NCBI GenBank assembly: GCA_038150265.1
Contig: JAYOTF010000019.1
Coordinates: 1-63,794, forward strand
Direction: 5' to 3'
Length of the DNA stretch: 63,794 bases
From: Deltaproteobacteria bacterium
Lineage (GTDB): Bacteria > SAR324 > NAC60-12
Shown here: positions 48,599-58,231 of the stretch, in pieces
Position numbering within the stretch: position 1 is the first letter of the stretch
Layout: every line of letters begins with the position of its first letter
Program-made: the position numbers and the translations under genes
The notes under the pieces: generated by a model
What the model saw: the letters and a program-made list of their open reading frames with translations, nothing else
Told to the model about the DNA's origin: nothing
Database searches by the model: none

Positions 48599-49587
48599 TT
48601 GAGCCTCATGACCTGCAGGCGGCTCGAACCCGCCTGACGTCGTTTGTTCAAAAGACGCCCCTCTGCGAGTCCCCCACGCTTCAGCAGCAGGCGGGGGTTC
48701 CGGTCTTTCTCAAGCTGGAGCACCTGCAGACGACCGGGAGCTTCAAGCTGCGGGGCGCCACCAACGCCGTCCGGTCCCTTTCAGACGCACAGAAGGAAGC
48801 CGGAGTCGTCGGGGTCTCAACGGGAAACCATGGGCGCGGATTGGCGTATGCGGCCCGGCAGGCCGGAGTCCGTTGCGTGATCTGCATGTCCGAGTTGGTT
48901 CCTGCCAACAAGGTGGAAGGCATCCGGGCGCAGGGCGCAGAGATCCGCATCATCGGGCGCTCACAGGATGAAGCTCAGGAAGAAGCCGACCGACTCGCTG
49001 ACGCAGGCATGACGATGCTTCCGCCGTTCGATCATCCGGATGTGATTGCCGGGCAGGGCACGCTGGGACTGGAACTGCTGGAGCAGCTTCCGGATCTGCA
49101 GACCGTGCTGGTGCCCCTCTCCGGAGGCGGGCTCATTTCGGGAGTGGCCCTGGCCCTGAAGCACCACAACCCGCAGATTCGTGTGATGGGCATCTCCATG
49201 GAACGTGGCGCGGCAATGATTGCGTCTCAGCACGCGGGCCACCCTGTTCAGGTGGAAGAGTTGCCGACTCTGGCAGATTCGCTGGGAGGCGGCATTGGCC
49301 TGAACAACCGCCACACGTTTGAGATGGTCCGGGACCTGGTGGACGAGCTGGTGCTGGTCAACGAGGTCGAAATTGCGGAGGCCATCCGCCATGCGTACTG
49401 GTCCGAACGTCAGGTCATTGAAGGCTCCGGAAGCGTGGGCATTGCGGCGGTACTCGCGAACAAGGTGACGCTGCAGGGCCCCAGCGTGCTGCTCCTCAGC
49501 GGTGGTAACATTGACATGAACCTGCACAAGCAGATCATTGACGGCGTCAACGTTGACGTCTCCCAACCGGACACGAAGGAACGCTGA
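48595..49587 (+). CDS. eutB: Hydroxyectoine utilisation dehydratase EutB
   Basis: TGSFKLRGA (PLP lysine), STGNHG, PLSGGGL, operon context. Confidence 0.88.
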   Translation: MIEPHDLQAARTRLTSFVQKTPLCESPTLQQQAGVPVFLKLEHLQTTGSFKLRGATNAVRSLSDAQKEAGVVGVSTGNHGRGLAYAARQAGVRCVICMSELVPANKVEGIRAQGAEIRIIGRSQDEAQEEADRLADAGMTMLPPFDHPDVIAGQGTLGLELLEQLPDLQTVLVPLSGGGLISGVALALKHHNPQIRVMGISMERGAAMIASQHAGHPVQVEELPTLADSLGGGIGLNNRHTFEMVRDLVDELVLVNEVEIAEAIRHAYWSERQVIEGSGSVGIAAVLANKVTLQGPSVLLLSGGNIDMNLHKQIIDGVNVDVSQPDTKER

Positions 49588-50588
49588 TGCCTCAGATTAC
49601 CATTCTCAATGAACAGGAACTCCGGGCCGTCCTGGCCCTGGATGCCGACGCCGTGACGTGTGTGGAAGAGGCCTTTCGCCTGCTGGAAACCCGAGAGGTG
49701 GTGATGCCGCCGATCCTCAGCTTTCACATTCCGGATCACAACGGAGAGGTGGACGTCAAGACCGCGTATGTGCCAGGGATTCCTTCATTTGCCATCAAGA
49801 TGAGCCCCGGCTTCTTCGACAACCCGCAGAAGGGCCTGCCGAGTCTGAATGGGCTGATGGTCGTGTTTGCTGCCGAAACGGGACTCGTGGAAGCGGTGCT
49901 GCTGGACAACGGCTTCCTCACCGATTTGCGGACAGCAGCAGCAGGAGCCGTGGCCGCCAAGTGGCTCGCTCGTCCAGATGCCTCTGTGGCCGGAATCATC
50001 GGCACCGGAGTGCAGGCGCGCTTGCAGCTTCAGGCCCTGACGCTGGTCCGGGACCTCAAGGAAGCCTGGGTGTGGGGACGGAATCTGGAGCGTGCGGCAC
50101 AGTTTGCCGAGGTGGCTTCCGAAACACTCGGCTTTCCGGTGCAGGCCCTGGCGCGAGTGGAAGAGGTGGTGGAACGCAGCGACCTCGTGGTCACCACCAC
50201 CCCGGCGACCGAACCCCTGCTGGAAGGCGCGTGGCTGCGTCCGGGCCAGCATGTCACCGCCATGGGCTCTGATGCGCCTTACAAAACCGAGCTGGCCCCC
50301 AGTGTGCTGCAGCGCGCCGATCAGTACATCTGCGACCGACTGGCCCAGTGCCGGCGGCAGGGAGAGCTGCGTCCTGCCATCGCAGCCGGAGTCTTCACCG
50401 CTGAGCAGACCTTCCCGGAACTTGGCGCTGTGATTGCTGGGGCGCATCCGGGGCGGACCTCTGCCAATGAGGTGACCGTGTGCGACCTCACTGGCACAGG
50501 AGTACAGGATACCGCCATTGCGACACTTGCGGTTCAGCGGGCCACTGCGGTGGGTTCCGGAACCGTCTTTTCCAACCCCTCTGCCTGA
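49587..50588 (+). CDS. eutC: EutC (ornithine cyclodeaminase family)
   Basis: GEVDVKTAY, PGFFDNP, TDLRTAAAG, DLTGTGVQD. Confidence 0.9.
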   Translation: MPQITILNEQELRAVLALDADAVTCVEEAFRLLETREVVMPPILSFHIPDHNGEVDVKTAYVPGIPSFAIKMSPGFFDNPQKGLPSLNGLMVVFAAETGLVEAVLLDNGFLTDLRTAAAGAVAAKWLARPDASVAGIIGTGVQARLQLQALTLVRDLKEAWVWGRNLERAAQFAEVASETLGFPVQALARVEEVVERSDLVVTTTPATEPLLEGAWLRPGQHVTAMGSDAPYKTELAPSVLQRADQYICDRLAQCRRQGELRPAIAAGVFTAEQTFPELGAVIAGAHPGRTSANEVTVCDLTGTGVQDTAIATLAVQRATAVGSGTVFSNPSA

Positions 50589-50624
50589 GCAGAGGCTTCT
50601 CGTTTTTGATCCTTGCGAGGATTC

Positions 50625-51803
50625 ATGAATCCGAATCTGTTGTTTACTCGAGACGAGTATCAGGAGCGACTGGCGAAGGTCCGGCGTTCCATGGAGGCCC
50701 AGGGACTGGATGTGCTCATCGTCAGCGATCCGTCCAACATGGCATGGCTGACCGGCTACGATGGCTGGTCCTTTTATGTGCATCAGTGTGTGGTGGTGAC
50801 GCTTCAGGACGACCCGTTCTGGTATGGGCGCAAGCAGGATGGCGCGGGCGCCCAACGCACGACGTACCTGACGGAAGACCACATCTGGTTCTATCCGGAC
50901 CACTACGTTCAGTCCACGGAGCGGCACCCGATGGACCTGCTCAGCCAGAAGCTGGAAGACCAGGGATGGGGCGCGTTGCGGATTGGGGTGGAGATGGACA
51001 ACTACTACTTCTCGGCCGCCGCCTTTGCCTCTCTGCAGCAGCACCTGCCCAACGCCCGCTTTGCCGATGCGACGGCCCTGGTCAACTGGTGCCGGGCCGT
51101 CAAGTCGCCGCAGGAACTGGAATACATGCACCGCGCTGCACGCATTGTGGAACGGATGCACCAGCGGATTCAGGAAAAAGCGGTCCCGGGCATCCGGAAG
51201 TGTGACCTCGTTGCCGAGATCTATGACGCCGGCACCCGCGGGACGCCGGAATTCGGCGGCGACTACCCGGCGATTGTGCCGCTGATGCCGTCGGGTTCCG
51301 ATGCGGCGGCCCCGCACCTGACCTGGGATGATGCGCCGCTCAAGGTGGGCGAGGGCACCTTCTTTGAGGTCGCCGGCTGTTACAAGCGCTACCACGTCCC
51401 GCTTTCCCGGACGCTCTTTCTGGGCAAGCCGACCCAGGCGTTTCTTGATGCCGACCAGGCGGTGCAGGAAGGCATGGAGGCCGGACTGGAGCAGGCACGT
51501 CCCGGAAACTGCTGTGAGGACATTGCGAGGGCCTTCTTTGACGTCCTCAAGAAGTACGGCATCGTCAAGGACAACCGCACAGGCTACCCCATTGGCCTCA
51601 GCTACCCTCCGGATTGGGGCGAGCGGACCATGAGCCTGCGGGTGGGAGACAAGACCGTGCTGGAGCCCGGAATGACCTTCCACTTCATGACCGGGCTCTG
51701 GATGGACGATTGGGGCCTGGAGACAACCGAAAGCATTGTCATCACCGAAGGGGGAGTGGAGTGCTTCGCTTCGGTGCCGCGTCAACTGCTGGTAAAGGAG
51801 TAG
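50625..51803 (+). CDS. doeA: Ectoine hydrolase (DoeA/EutD, M24 family)
   Basis: WLTGYDGWSFYVHQ, YVQSTERHPM, GLSYPPDWGERT. Confidence 0.92.
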   Translation: MNPNLLFTRDEYQERLAKVRRSMEAQGLDVLIVSDPSNMAWLTGYDGWSFYVHQCVVVTLQDDPFWYGRKQDGAGAQRTTYLTEDHIWFYPDHYVQSTERHPMDLLSQKLEDQGWGALRIGVEMDNYYFSAAAFASLQQHLPNARFADATALVNWCRAVKSPQELEYMHRAARIVERMHQRIQEKAVPGIRKCDLVAEIYDAGTRGTPEFGGDYPAIVPLMPSGSDAAAPHLTWDDAPLKVGEGTFFEVAGCYKRYHVPLSRTLFLGKPTQAFLDADQAVQEGMEAGLEQARPGNCCEDIARAFFDVLKKYGIVKDNRTGYPIGLSYPPDWGERTMSLRVGDKTVLEPGMTFHFMTGLWMDDWGLETTESIVITEGGVECFASVPRQLLVKE

Positions 51804-51806
51804 GCC

Positions 51807-52796
51807 ATGCTGGACAGCCCGATTACTCCCACCGTTGATTTTGAAAAAGATGGGGTGCAGCACGGCTTCCTGAAGCTGCCGTGGTCTCGAGACGATTCGG
51901 CATGGGGCTCGATCATGATCCCGATTTCTGTCATCCGGAACGGAAGTGGCCCCACCGCCCTGCTCACCGGCGGAAACCACGGTGAGGAATACGAGGGGCC
52001 CATTGCGCTCTTTGACCTCGTGAACACCCTCAAGCCTGAGGACATCAACGGGCGGGTGATTGTCGTTCCAGCGATGAATTACCCGGCGTTTCAGGCGGCT
52101 CGGCGGACGTCTCCCATTGATTCCCGGAACATGAACCGCGTCTTTCCGGGACGTCCGGATGGGACCGTCACCGAGAAGATTGCGGACTACTTTCAGCGCA
52201 TGCTCCTGCCGATGGCAGACCTGGTGCTGGACATTCATTCCGGCGGCAAGACCCTGAACTTCTTGCCCTTCTGTGCCTCCCATGTGCTGCCAAACAAGGA
52301 GCAGGAGCAGCGTTGCGTTGAGGCTCGGAACGCCTTCAATGCGCCTTACAGCGTGCAGCTGCTGGAGATCGATTCGGTGGGCATGTACGACACCGCGGCC
52401 GAGGAGATGGGGAAGGTCTTCATTTCAACGGAACTGGGCGGTGGCGGCTCAGCCACAGCGGCTTCGGTCGAGATTGCCAAGCGGGGCATCCACAACGTGT
52501 TGCAGCATGGGGAGATCCTGGAAGGAGAGCCGACCCTGCGGTCGTCCATTGAGCTGGACATGCCGGACGGACGTTGCTTCGTCGCCAGCGAATCCACTGG
52601 GCTGCTGGAGATGAAGATGGACCTCGGCAGCCGTGTGCACGCCGGAGAGGTCATTGCGGTGGTGCACAAGGTCACACGGACCGGGGTGCCTGCCCGGGAG
52701 TACCGCAGCGAAATCGACGGCATCCTCACGGGGCGGCACTTCCCCGGCCTCATTGGCATGGGAGACGTCATCGGTGTCATTGCCGTCGAAGTCTGA
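51807..52796 (+). CDS. doeB: N-alpha-acetyl-L-2,4-diaminobutyrate deacetylase (DoeB/EutE)
   Basis: SRDDSAWG, GNHGEEYEG, NMNRVFPG, DIHSGG, TELGGGG. Confidence 0.92.
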   Translation: MLDSPITPTVDFEKDGVQHGFLKLPWSRDDSAWGSIMIPISVIRNGSGPTALLTGGNHGEEYEGPIALFDLVNTLKPEDINGRVIVVPAMNYPAFQAARRTSPIDSRNMNRVFPGRPDGTVTEKIADYFQRMLLPMADLVLDIHSGGKTLNFLPFCASHVLPNKEQEQRCVEARNAFNAPYSVQLLEIDSVGMYDTAAEEMGKVFISTELGGGGSATAASVEIAKRGIHNVLQHGEILEGEPTLRSSIELDMPDGRCFVASESTGLLEMKMDLGSRVHAGEVIAVVHKVTRTGVPAREYRSEIDGILTGRHFPGLIGMGDVIGVIAVEV

Positions 52797-52826
52797 CCCA
52801 CCGGGCTTCCGGCTTCCGGAGGCTCC

Positions 52827-54083
52827 TCAATTCTGCCAGGGGTACTGAAAGAGCACCGTCACTTCAGTGCCCTCGTCTCCGGAAGCGACATCGAAGCGGT
52901 AGACGTTTCCGGAGCCTGTGACCAGGCGCCCTCCGACCCCGAACGATTTCCTCCAGATGCTTCCCAGGTCTGCGGCACTTTCCGCGACCGATCCCTGCTC
53001 ATAGAACAGCGCCACCTGCACCGCCTCCTGAATGTCGCTCAGAAAGTACCAATCCAGCAAATCCTTGCTGGTGGTGAGGTTCCAGCGGAATTCGGTGCCG
53101 TAGCTGAGGGCGTGAGCGCCCTGGTAGCGTTCTTCCGGATACGACCGCAGGCGGTTGGGTCCCCCAAGGGAGCGGGCCGTTCCGTTGAGGTTGGCCAGCT
53201 GCTGGTTCTGGGCTTCCCGCGTGATGGCTTCTTCGCAGGCGGCCTGTTCTGCGGAACTCGAGCCGGCACACGTGTCAATGCCCCGCAGCGTCTTGAGGGT
53301 GTCGAGGTCCGTCACGCCGGTGTGGGTGACCGAAGCGGCGGATCGGAAGTAGTTGAAGGCCCAGGTGCTTTGCCCCAGCACCGGAACGTAGGCGGCGAGG
53401 TTGGTGGTCAGGACCGTGTAGTCCGAGCTGATGGCATCTCCTGCCGTGACCTGCTCCTGGTCAAGGGTCAGCCGCAACCCGGAACGCGGATCCTGGCGGT
53501 CATCGGTCAAGTCGAGGGTCAGGAGCGCCCGGGTCGCGTCACTCTTGAAAGACTGGGTACTGGAGGAGAGCAGCTCGCCTTCCGGAGTGCGCAGCTCGGT
53601 GATGCGTCCTTCCTGCAGCCGCAGCCCGTAGGTCAGTTCCAGCCGACGTTCCCAGAGGGTGAGGTTCAGAGACGGCTCCCGCCCCAGGTACTGGTCGCCG
53701 ACCGCGACGCTGAAGTCCTCCTTTTCCGTGTCCATCCCCCGGTTCTGGTAGAAGTTCCGGCCATACTTGCGAATGTCGATCATGAAGTACCGGAAGTAAA
53801 CCGTCTCCGGATAGAGGAACACCTCATCCACGTTGGTGATGAGTCCGGTGGCATCTCCGGTAATCAGCAGCGCGTAGGCGTCAATGGGCGTCTCCAGCAC
53901 GTTGCCTGCATAGCCAATCAGGACAATGCCTTCTCCAATTCCAGGGTAGCTGTAGGGCGCCGGAACGATCAAGTATCCGGAATTGCTGTCGAATTGGTCA
54001 CGGCGACGCTCAAACTCAAAGCCGAAACTGGTGAAGGCCAACACACAGAGGAACAGAGCCAAAAGAGGCGTTTTCAGAGACAT
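52827..54083 (-). CDS. Omp85/BamA-superfamily outer-membrane beta-barrel-like protein
   Basis: Signal peptide, amphipathic beta-strands, LGGPNRLRSY (VRGY-like loop motif), GVGGR and a C-terminal aromatic strand. Confidence 0.65.
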   Translation of the reverse strand: MSLKTPLLALFLCVLAFTSFGFEFERRRDQFDSNSGYLIVPAPYSYPGIGEGIVLIGYAGNVLETPIDAYALLITGDATGLITNVDEVFLYPETVYFRYFMIDIRKYGRNFYQNRGMDTEKEDFSVAVGDQYLGREPSLNLTLWERRLELTYGLRLQEGRITELRTPEGELLSSSTQSFKSDATRALLTLDLTDDRQDPRSGLRLTLDQEQVTAGDAISSDYTVLTTNLAAYVPVLGQSTWAFNYFRSAASVTHTGVTDLDTLKTLRGIDTCAGSSSAEQAACEEAITREAQNQQLANLNGTARSLGGPNRLRSYPEERYQGAHALSYGTEFRWNLTTSKDLLDWYFLSDIQEAVQVALFYEQGSVAESAADLGSIWRKSFGVGGRLVTGSGNVYRFDVASGDEGTEVTVLFQYPWQN

Positions 54084-54194
54084 AGCGGGAACCAAACGAA
54101 TCATTTTGAGGAAATTGACTATGAGTCAATCTATCAGGTTGCAGGGGGATGTCAAACCCGTCTCCTGTGAAAAAACAGGTCCTTTTGAGGTCAG

Positions 54195-55082
54195 ATGATG
54201 AAAATTTTGGTGTTGGGACGAACCGGCCAGGTCGGTTGGGAATTGCTGCGGGCACTGGCTCCGCTGGGAACAGTGGTGGGAGTTGGGCGAGCCGAGTGCG
54301 ACCTGCAGGACGAGGGGGCGCTCCGGAGGTGCCTGCAGGCCGAGCAGCCGGGAGTGGTGGTCAACGCGGCAGCGTACACGGCGGTGGACCGAGCCGAGTC
54401 GGAGCCTGAACAGGCGGCCCACCTCAATGCCCGGGTTCCCGGGGTGTTGGGAGAAGAGGCCCTGCGGCTGAAGGCGACGGTGGTGCACTACTCGACGGAT
54501 TACGTCTTTTCCGGCACTGCTCCAGACGCGTATCCGGAGGACGCGACTGCTGAACCGCTAGGCGTTTACGGACACACCAAGTGGGCCGGTGAGGAAGCGC
54601 TTCGGGCGAGTGGCGCCCAGCACCTCATCTTCCGGACCAGCTGGGTGTATGGGCAGCAGGGGAACAACTTCCTCAAGACGATGCTGCGGCTGGCCCAGGA
54701 GCGTGAGGAGCTGCGGGTGGTCGCTGATCAGTTTGGCATTCCGACGGCGGCTTCGCTGATTGCCGATGTGACGGCCCAGGTGCTTCAGCAGCAAAAGGGC
54801 ACCTCCTCGCGATGGGGCACGTATCACCTGAGCGCGTCTGGGCGGACGACCTGGCATGAGTTTGCGAAGGAGGTGCTGCGGGTGGCTGCAGCAGAAGGCG
54901 TGCTGCTGAAGGTGAGGCCGGAGCAGGTGCAGGCGATTTCGACCGAGGAGTACCCCACCCCGGCCCGTCGTCCGGCCAACTCAGAGCTGGATACCCGGAA
55001 GTTGCGGGAAACCTTTGGCCTGCACCTGCCCCCCTGGCAGTCGGGGGTTGGGCAGGTGGTGCAGGCGTTGGTGCGGCGTTAG
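54195..55082 (+). CDS. rfbD: dTDP-4-dehydrorhamnose reductase
   Basis: GRTGQVG, NAAAYTAVD, STDYVF, YGHTK, PARRP. Confidence 0.95.
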   Translation: MMKILVLGRTGQVGWELLRALAPLGTVVGVGRAECDLQDEGALRRCLQAEQPGVVVNAAAYTAVDRAESEPEQAAHLNARVPGVLGEEALRLKATVVHYSTDYVFSGTAPDAYPEDATAEPLGVYGHTKWAGEEALRASGAQHLIFRTSWVYGQQGNNFLKTMLRLAQEREELRVVADQFGIPTAASLIADVTAQVLQQQKGTSSRWGTYHLSASGRTTWHEFAKEVLRVAAAEGVLLKVRPEQVQAISTEEYPTPARRPANSELDTRKLRETFGLHLPPWQSGVGQVVQALVRR

Positions 55083-55936
55083 GCCTCGGCGACAAGCCGC
55101 TTGAGCTCTGCCAGCAATGCGTCCCGAATCTCCGGACGCTGCAGGCCAATCTGGACCGAGGAAATGAGGTACCCCAGCGGCTCCCCGATGTCGTAGCGGG
55201 TGCCCTCAAACTGGACGGCAGAAACCTTGCCTCGGGACGCAAGGATGTTGATGGCTTCCGTCTGGGTGAATTCGCCGTGATGCTCGTGGCTGTGGTCGCT
55301 GATGCGCAAGGCGTCAAACAGTTCGGGCGTGTAGAGGTAGCGTCCGTACGTCGCAAAGTGGCTGGGTGCTGACCCGGGGGCCGGCTTCTCAATCATCGCC
55401 TTCACCTTCATGGTCTGGCCCTCGGTTCCCGGGTCAATCACGCCGTAGCGCGCGAGTTCTTCTTCCGGAAGCTCCTTGACCGTCAGGATCGTGTCGCCGG
55501 TTTCCTTCCAGGCGTCAATCAACTGCTTCGTCAGCGGTGGAGTCCCGAAGACGATGTCATCCGGATACGCGACAACAAACGGCTCATCCTTCACAAACGG
55601 CTCCACGAGCATCAGGGCATTTCCGGTGCCCATCATGTGCTGCTGCCGGAGGGTGAAGATGTTGGCCGATGTCGGCTTGATCAGGTCCAGCTTCTCAATC
55701 TGGTTGTTCTGGGCAAAGGCCGAGGAAAGCTCCACCTCGCGGTCAAAGTAATCCTCCATGACCTTCTTGCGGCGCGATGAGACCAGGAGGATGTCTTCAA
55801 TGCCGGCATCCACCATTTCCTGAATGATGAAATCAATGGCCGGGCGGTCAATGAGCGGAAACATCTCCTTGGGGATGGTCTTGGAAGCCGGCAGGAAGCG
55901 GGTGGCGTAACCGGCAGCGAGGATGACTCCTTTCAT
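55079..55936 (-). CDS. galU: UTP--glucose-1-phosphate uridylyltransferase
   Basis: AAGYATRFLPASKTIPKEM, IEKP, GRY, RYDIG. Confidence 0.88.
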   Translation of the reverse strand: MKGVILAAGYATRFLPASKTIPKEMFPLIDRPAIDFIIQEMVDAGIEDILLVSSRRKKVMEDYFDREVELSSAFAQNNQIEKLDLIKPTSANIFTLRQQHMMGTGNALMLVEPFVKDEPFVVAYPDDIVFGTPPLTKQLIDAWKETGDTILTVKELPEEELARYGVIDPGTEGQTMKVKAMIEKPAPGSAPSHFATYGRYLYTPELFDALRISDHSHEHHGEFTQTEAINILASRGKVSAVQFEGTRYDIGEPLGYLISSVQIGLQRPEIRDALLAELKRLVAEA

Positions 55937-56068
55937 GCGGAACTTTCAGGGAACGAGGTTGCGGGCAAAAAGGGGACGTGGCCTCGGGAAAGAGGAGACG
56001 TCCGTGGGTCCGGGCAGAGGGGGCATTTTCCGGGCTTCCCGGGGCAATGGCAAGCCAAGCCGAGGCCT

Positions 56069-57244
56069 TCAGGGTTGGAGGACGCGGGCGGTTTCACGAG
56101 CAATGGCCAGCTCTTCATTGGCCGGAATGACCCAGATGTCGGTGGTGCCGTGTGCCGCCTGCAGTGAGCGGGCTCCGGAAGCGGACTGCGTGTTGCGCGC
56201 CGTGTCCAGCGTGAGGCCCCAGGCGTCGAGCCCCTGAAGCAGGCGGGCCCGGATCTCAGGGGCATGCTCACCAATGCCTCCGGTGAAGGTGACCGCGTCC
56301 ACGTGTTCCAGCAGGGCCCAGTAGGCGCCGAGGGTCTTCCGGAGGAGGTGGAGCATCCGGTCGATGGCAAGCCCCGCGTCGGCAGCGCCGGCGTCTCGCT
56401 GGGCGAACACGTCACGCAGGTCGTTGCTTCCCGCAAGCGCCCGGAGCCCGCTTTCCCGATTCAGGCCGTGGTCGAGTTCTTCCGGAGAGACGCCTTCTCG
56501 CAGCAGGTGCAGGAGGACGCCGGGATCCAGGTCGCCCGGACGGGTTCCCATCATCAGGCCGCCGAGGGGGGTCAGGCCCATGGTGGTGTCGATGCTGACG
56601 CCTTGACGGATGGCGGTGGCGCTGCAGCCGTTTCCCAGATGAAAGCTGATCAGGTTGAGCTGGGTGCCAGGGACGGCTTTCTGGGCCGCGACCTCTTCCA
56701 GCACGTAGCGGTGAGAGGTGCCGTGGAAGCCGTAGCGGCGCAGAGGCAGGTCCGGAGACTGCCACGTGGACGGGAGGGCAAAGGTTCGGGATTCCGGAAG
56801 CAGCGTGTGGTGAAAGGCGGTGTCAAAAACAGCGACCTGAGGCAGACCCGGGAAAAAACGGGTCCCGGCCTCAATGCCCTTGAGATTGGCAGGATTGTGG
56901 AGGGGCGCCAGGGGCACGCAGCGGCGGATGGCCTCTTGGACCGCCGGTGTGACGCGGGCGGCTTCCTGAAAGAACTCCCCGCCGTGGACCACGCGGTGCC
57001 CAAGGGCGTCCAGCGGTGGCTGGGCGCGGACGAGGTTTGCCAGGTGAGCGAAGGCCTCCTCGAGTTGCTGAAGGGGCGTGGCGGGCTCCGGAAGGGGCTG
57101 GCCGGCTGCATCCCGGGCAGAAACCTGAGCCGCTTCGGTTCCGAGCCGCTCCACGCTGAAGGTCAGCTCGGCCGTGCCTTCCGGGAGGCGGAGCACCTGC
57201 GCCTTCAGTGAGGAGCTTCCGGCATTGAGGACCAGGATGCGCAT
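56069..57244 (-). CDS. ackA: Acetate kinase
   Basis: NAGSSSLK, GHRVVHGG, APLHNP, FDTAFH, YGFHGTSH, HLGNG, FTGGIGE. Confidence 0.94.
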   Translation of the reverse strand: MRILVLNAGSSSLKAQVLRLPEGTAELTFSVERLGTEAAQVSARDAAGQPLPEPATPLQQLEEAFAHLANLVRAQPPLDALGHRVVHGGEFFQEAARVTPAVQEAIRRCVPLAPLHNPANLKGIEAGTRFFPGLPQVAVFDTAFHHTLLPESRTFALPSTWQSPDLPLRRYGFHGTSHRYVLEEVAAQKAVPGTQLNLISFHLGNGCSATAIRQGVSIDTTMGLTPLGGLMMGTRPGDLDPGVLLHLLREGVSPEELDHGLNRESGLRALAGSNDLRDVFAQRDAGAADAGLAIDRMLHLLRKTLGAYWALLEHVDAVTFTGGIGEHAPEIRARLLQGLDAWGLTLDTARNTQSASGARSLQAAHGTTDIWVIPANEELAIARETARVLQP

Positions 57245-58005
57245 CAGAGGTCCATTGGAAGCTGTGCCAGCTCCTGCGCGGCTTTCTGCATGTCCGGGAC
57301 AAATCGGGTCGCCTCTGCAAGCGTCATCCGAGACGTCGGGGCATGGAAGGAGAGGGTGGCAAACATCTGCCCTTCCTCATTGTGAATGGGCACCGCGACG
57401 CAGACCATGCCTTCCACGAATTCCTCATCATCCAGTCCGTAGCCCTGGTGCGCAATCCGGTCCAGCTCACCTTCCAGCGCCGCCGGCGTGGTGAGGGTCT
57501 TGGGCACTCGAGGCATCAGTTCGAGGCTACTGACCACGCTGTGGCGTCGGTTTTTCGGAAGAGACGCCAGGTAGGTCTTGCCGGCAGCGGTGCAGTAGAG
57601 GGGCACCCGCGAGCCAACGGGGAGCTGCATCCGGAGGGGCCAGTGGGTTTCGACACGGTCGATGTAGCGCATCTGGCTGCCGTCCGGAATGGAGACGTTG
57701 CAGGTCTCGCCGACCAGCCGGGCCAGCCGCATCAGCACGGCGTGCCGCTGCGTCCGGGCCTGCTCGCTGGCCAGGACACCGGTGGCGGTGCGGTACAGGC
57801 GCCTTCCCGGGGAGAGGCGCTTGCCGTCCAACTCGCGCTGCAGCCAGCCTTCGCGCTCCAGCACCGCGCACAGCCGGTGGATGGTGGCCTTGGGGTAGGC
57901 CAGCCGTTCATTGAGTTCAGTGGGGGTGTAAGGACGTTCACCAGAGGAGACAACTTCAATGATTTCCAGAAGTCGCAGGAGCGTCCGTCCTTCGTCTTGA
58001 GCCAT
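57244..58005 (-). CDS. IclR-family transcriptional regulator
   Basis: PKATIHRL HTH, GETCN, G.RVPLYCTAAGK, DDEE..G..CVAVP. Confidence 0.92.
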   Translation of the reverse strand: MAQDEGRTLLRLLEIIEVVSSGERPYTPTELNERLAYPKATIHRLCAVLEREGWLQRELDGKRLSPGRRLYRTATGVLASEQARTQRHAVLMRLARLVGETCNVSIPDGSQMRYIDRVETHWPLRMQLPVGSRVPLYCTAAGKTYLASLPKNRRHSVVSSLELMPRVPKTLTTPAALEGELDRIAHQGYGLDDEEFVEGMVCVAVPIHNEEGQMFATLSFHAPTSRMTLAEATRFVPDMQKAAQELAQLPMDL

Positions 58006-58068
58006 GGGGACACACTTGGGAAAAGGCGCTGATGGCGCCCAGATCAACCAGACTTTTCTCAAAAAAGC

Positions 58069-58189
58069 TTGAGTACAGTCTCAAATTCGTCAATTTTGTC
58101 AAGATCAACCCCGAAATCCATAAGAATTTGCTGGACTTCTCTCCAGTAGGTCGCTAGCCTCATCCGGTCAAATGAGACCAAAGGTCTCA
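58069..58189. promoter_or_regulatory. Two related palindromes between iclR and xsc; candidate IclR operators
   Basis: TTGAG-TACAGT-CTCAA (58069-58084) and TGAGACC-AAA-GGTCTCA (58173-58189). Confidence 0.55.
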
Positions 58190-58231
58190 AAAATGTTTTC
58201 CTTTGGATGTGAAACAGGTACGGAGAGGACG

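Noticed and set aside
49785..52283. 832-aa minus-strand ORF
   Set aside because: Antisense shadow of eutC-doeA-doeB with no recognisable motifs. Such ORFs are expected in GC-rich DNA.
58173..58189. Paired BsaI sites (GAGACC/GGTCTC) suggesting a cloning scar
   Set aside because: There is no vector-like context, and a related palindrome lies about 100 bp upstream, so a natural operator is more plausible.
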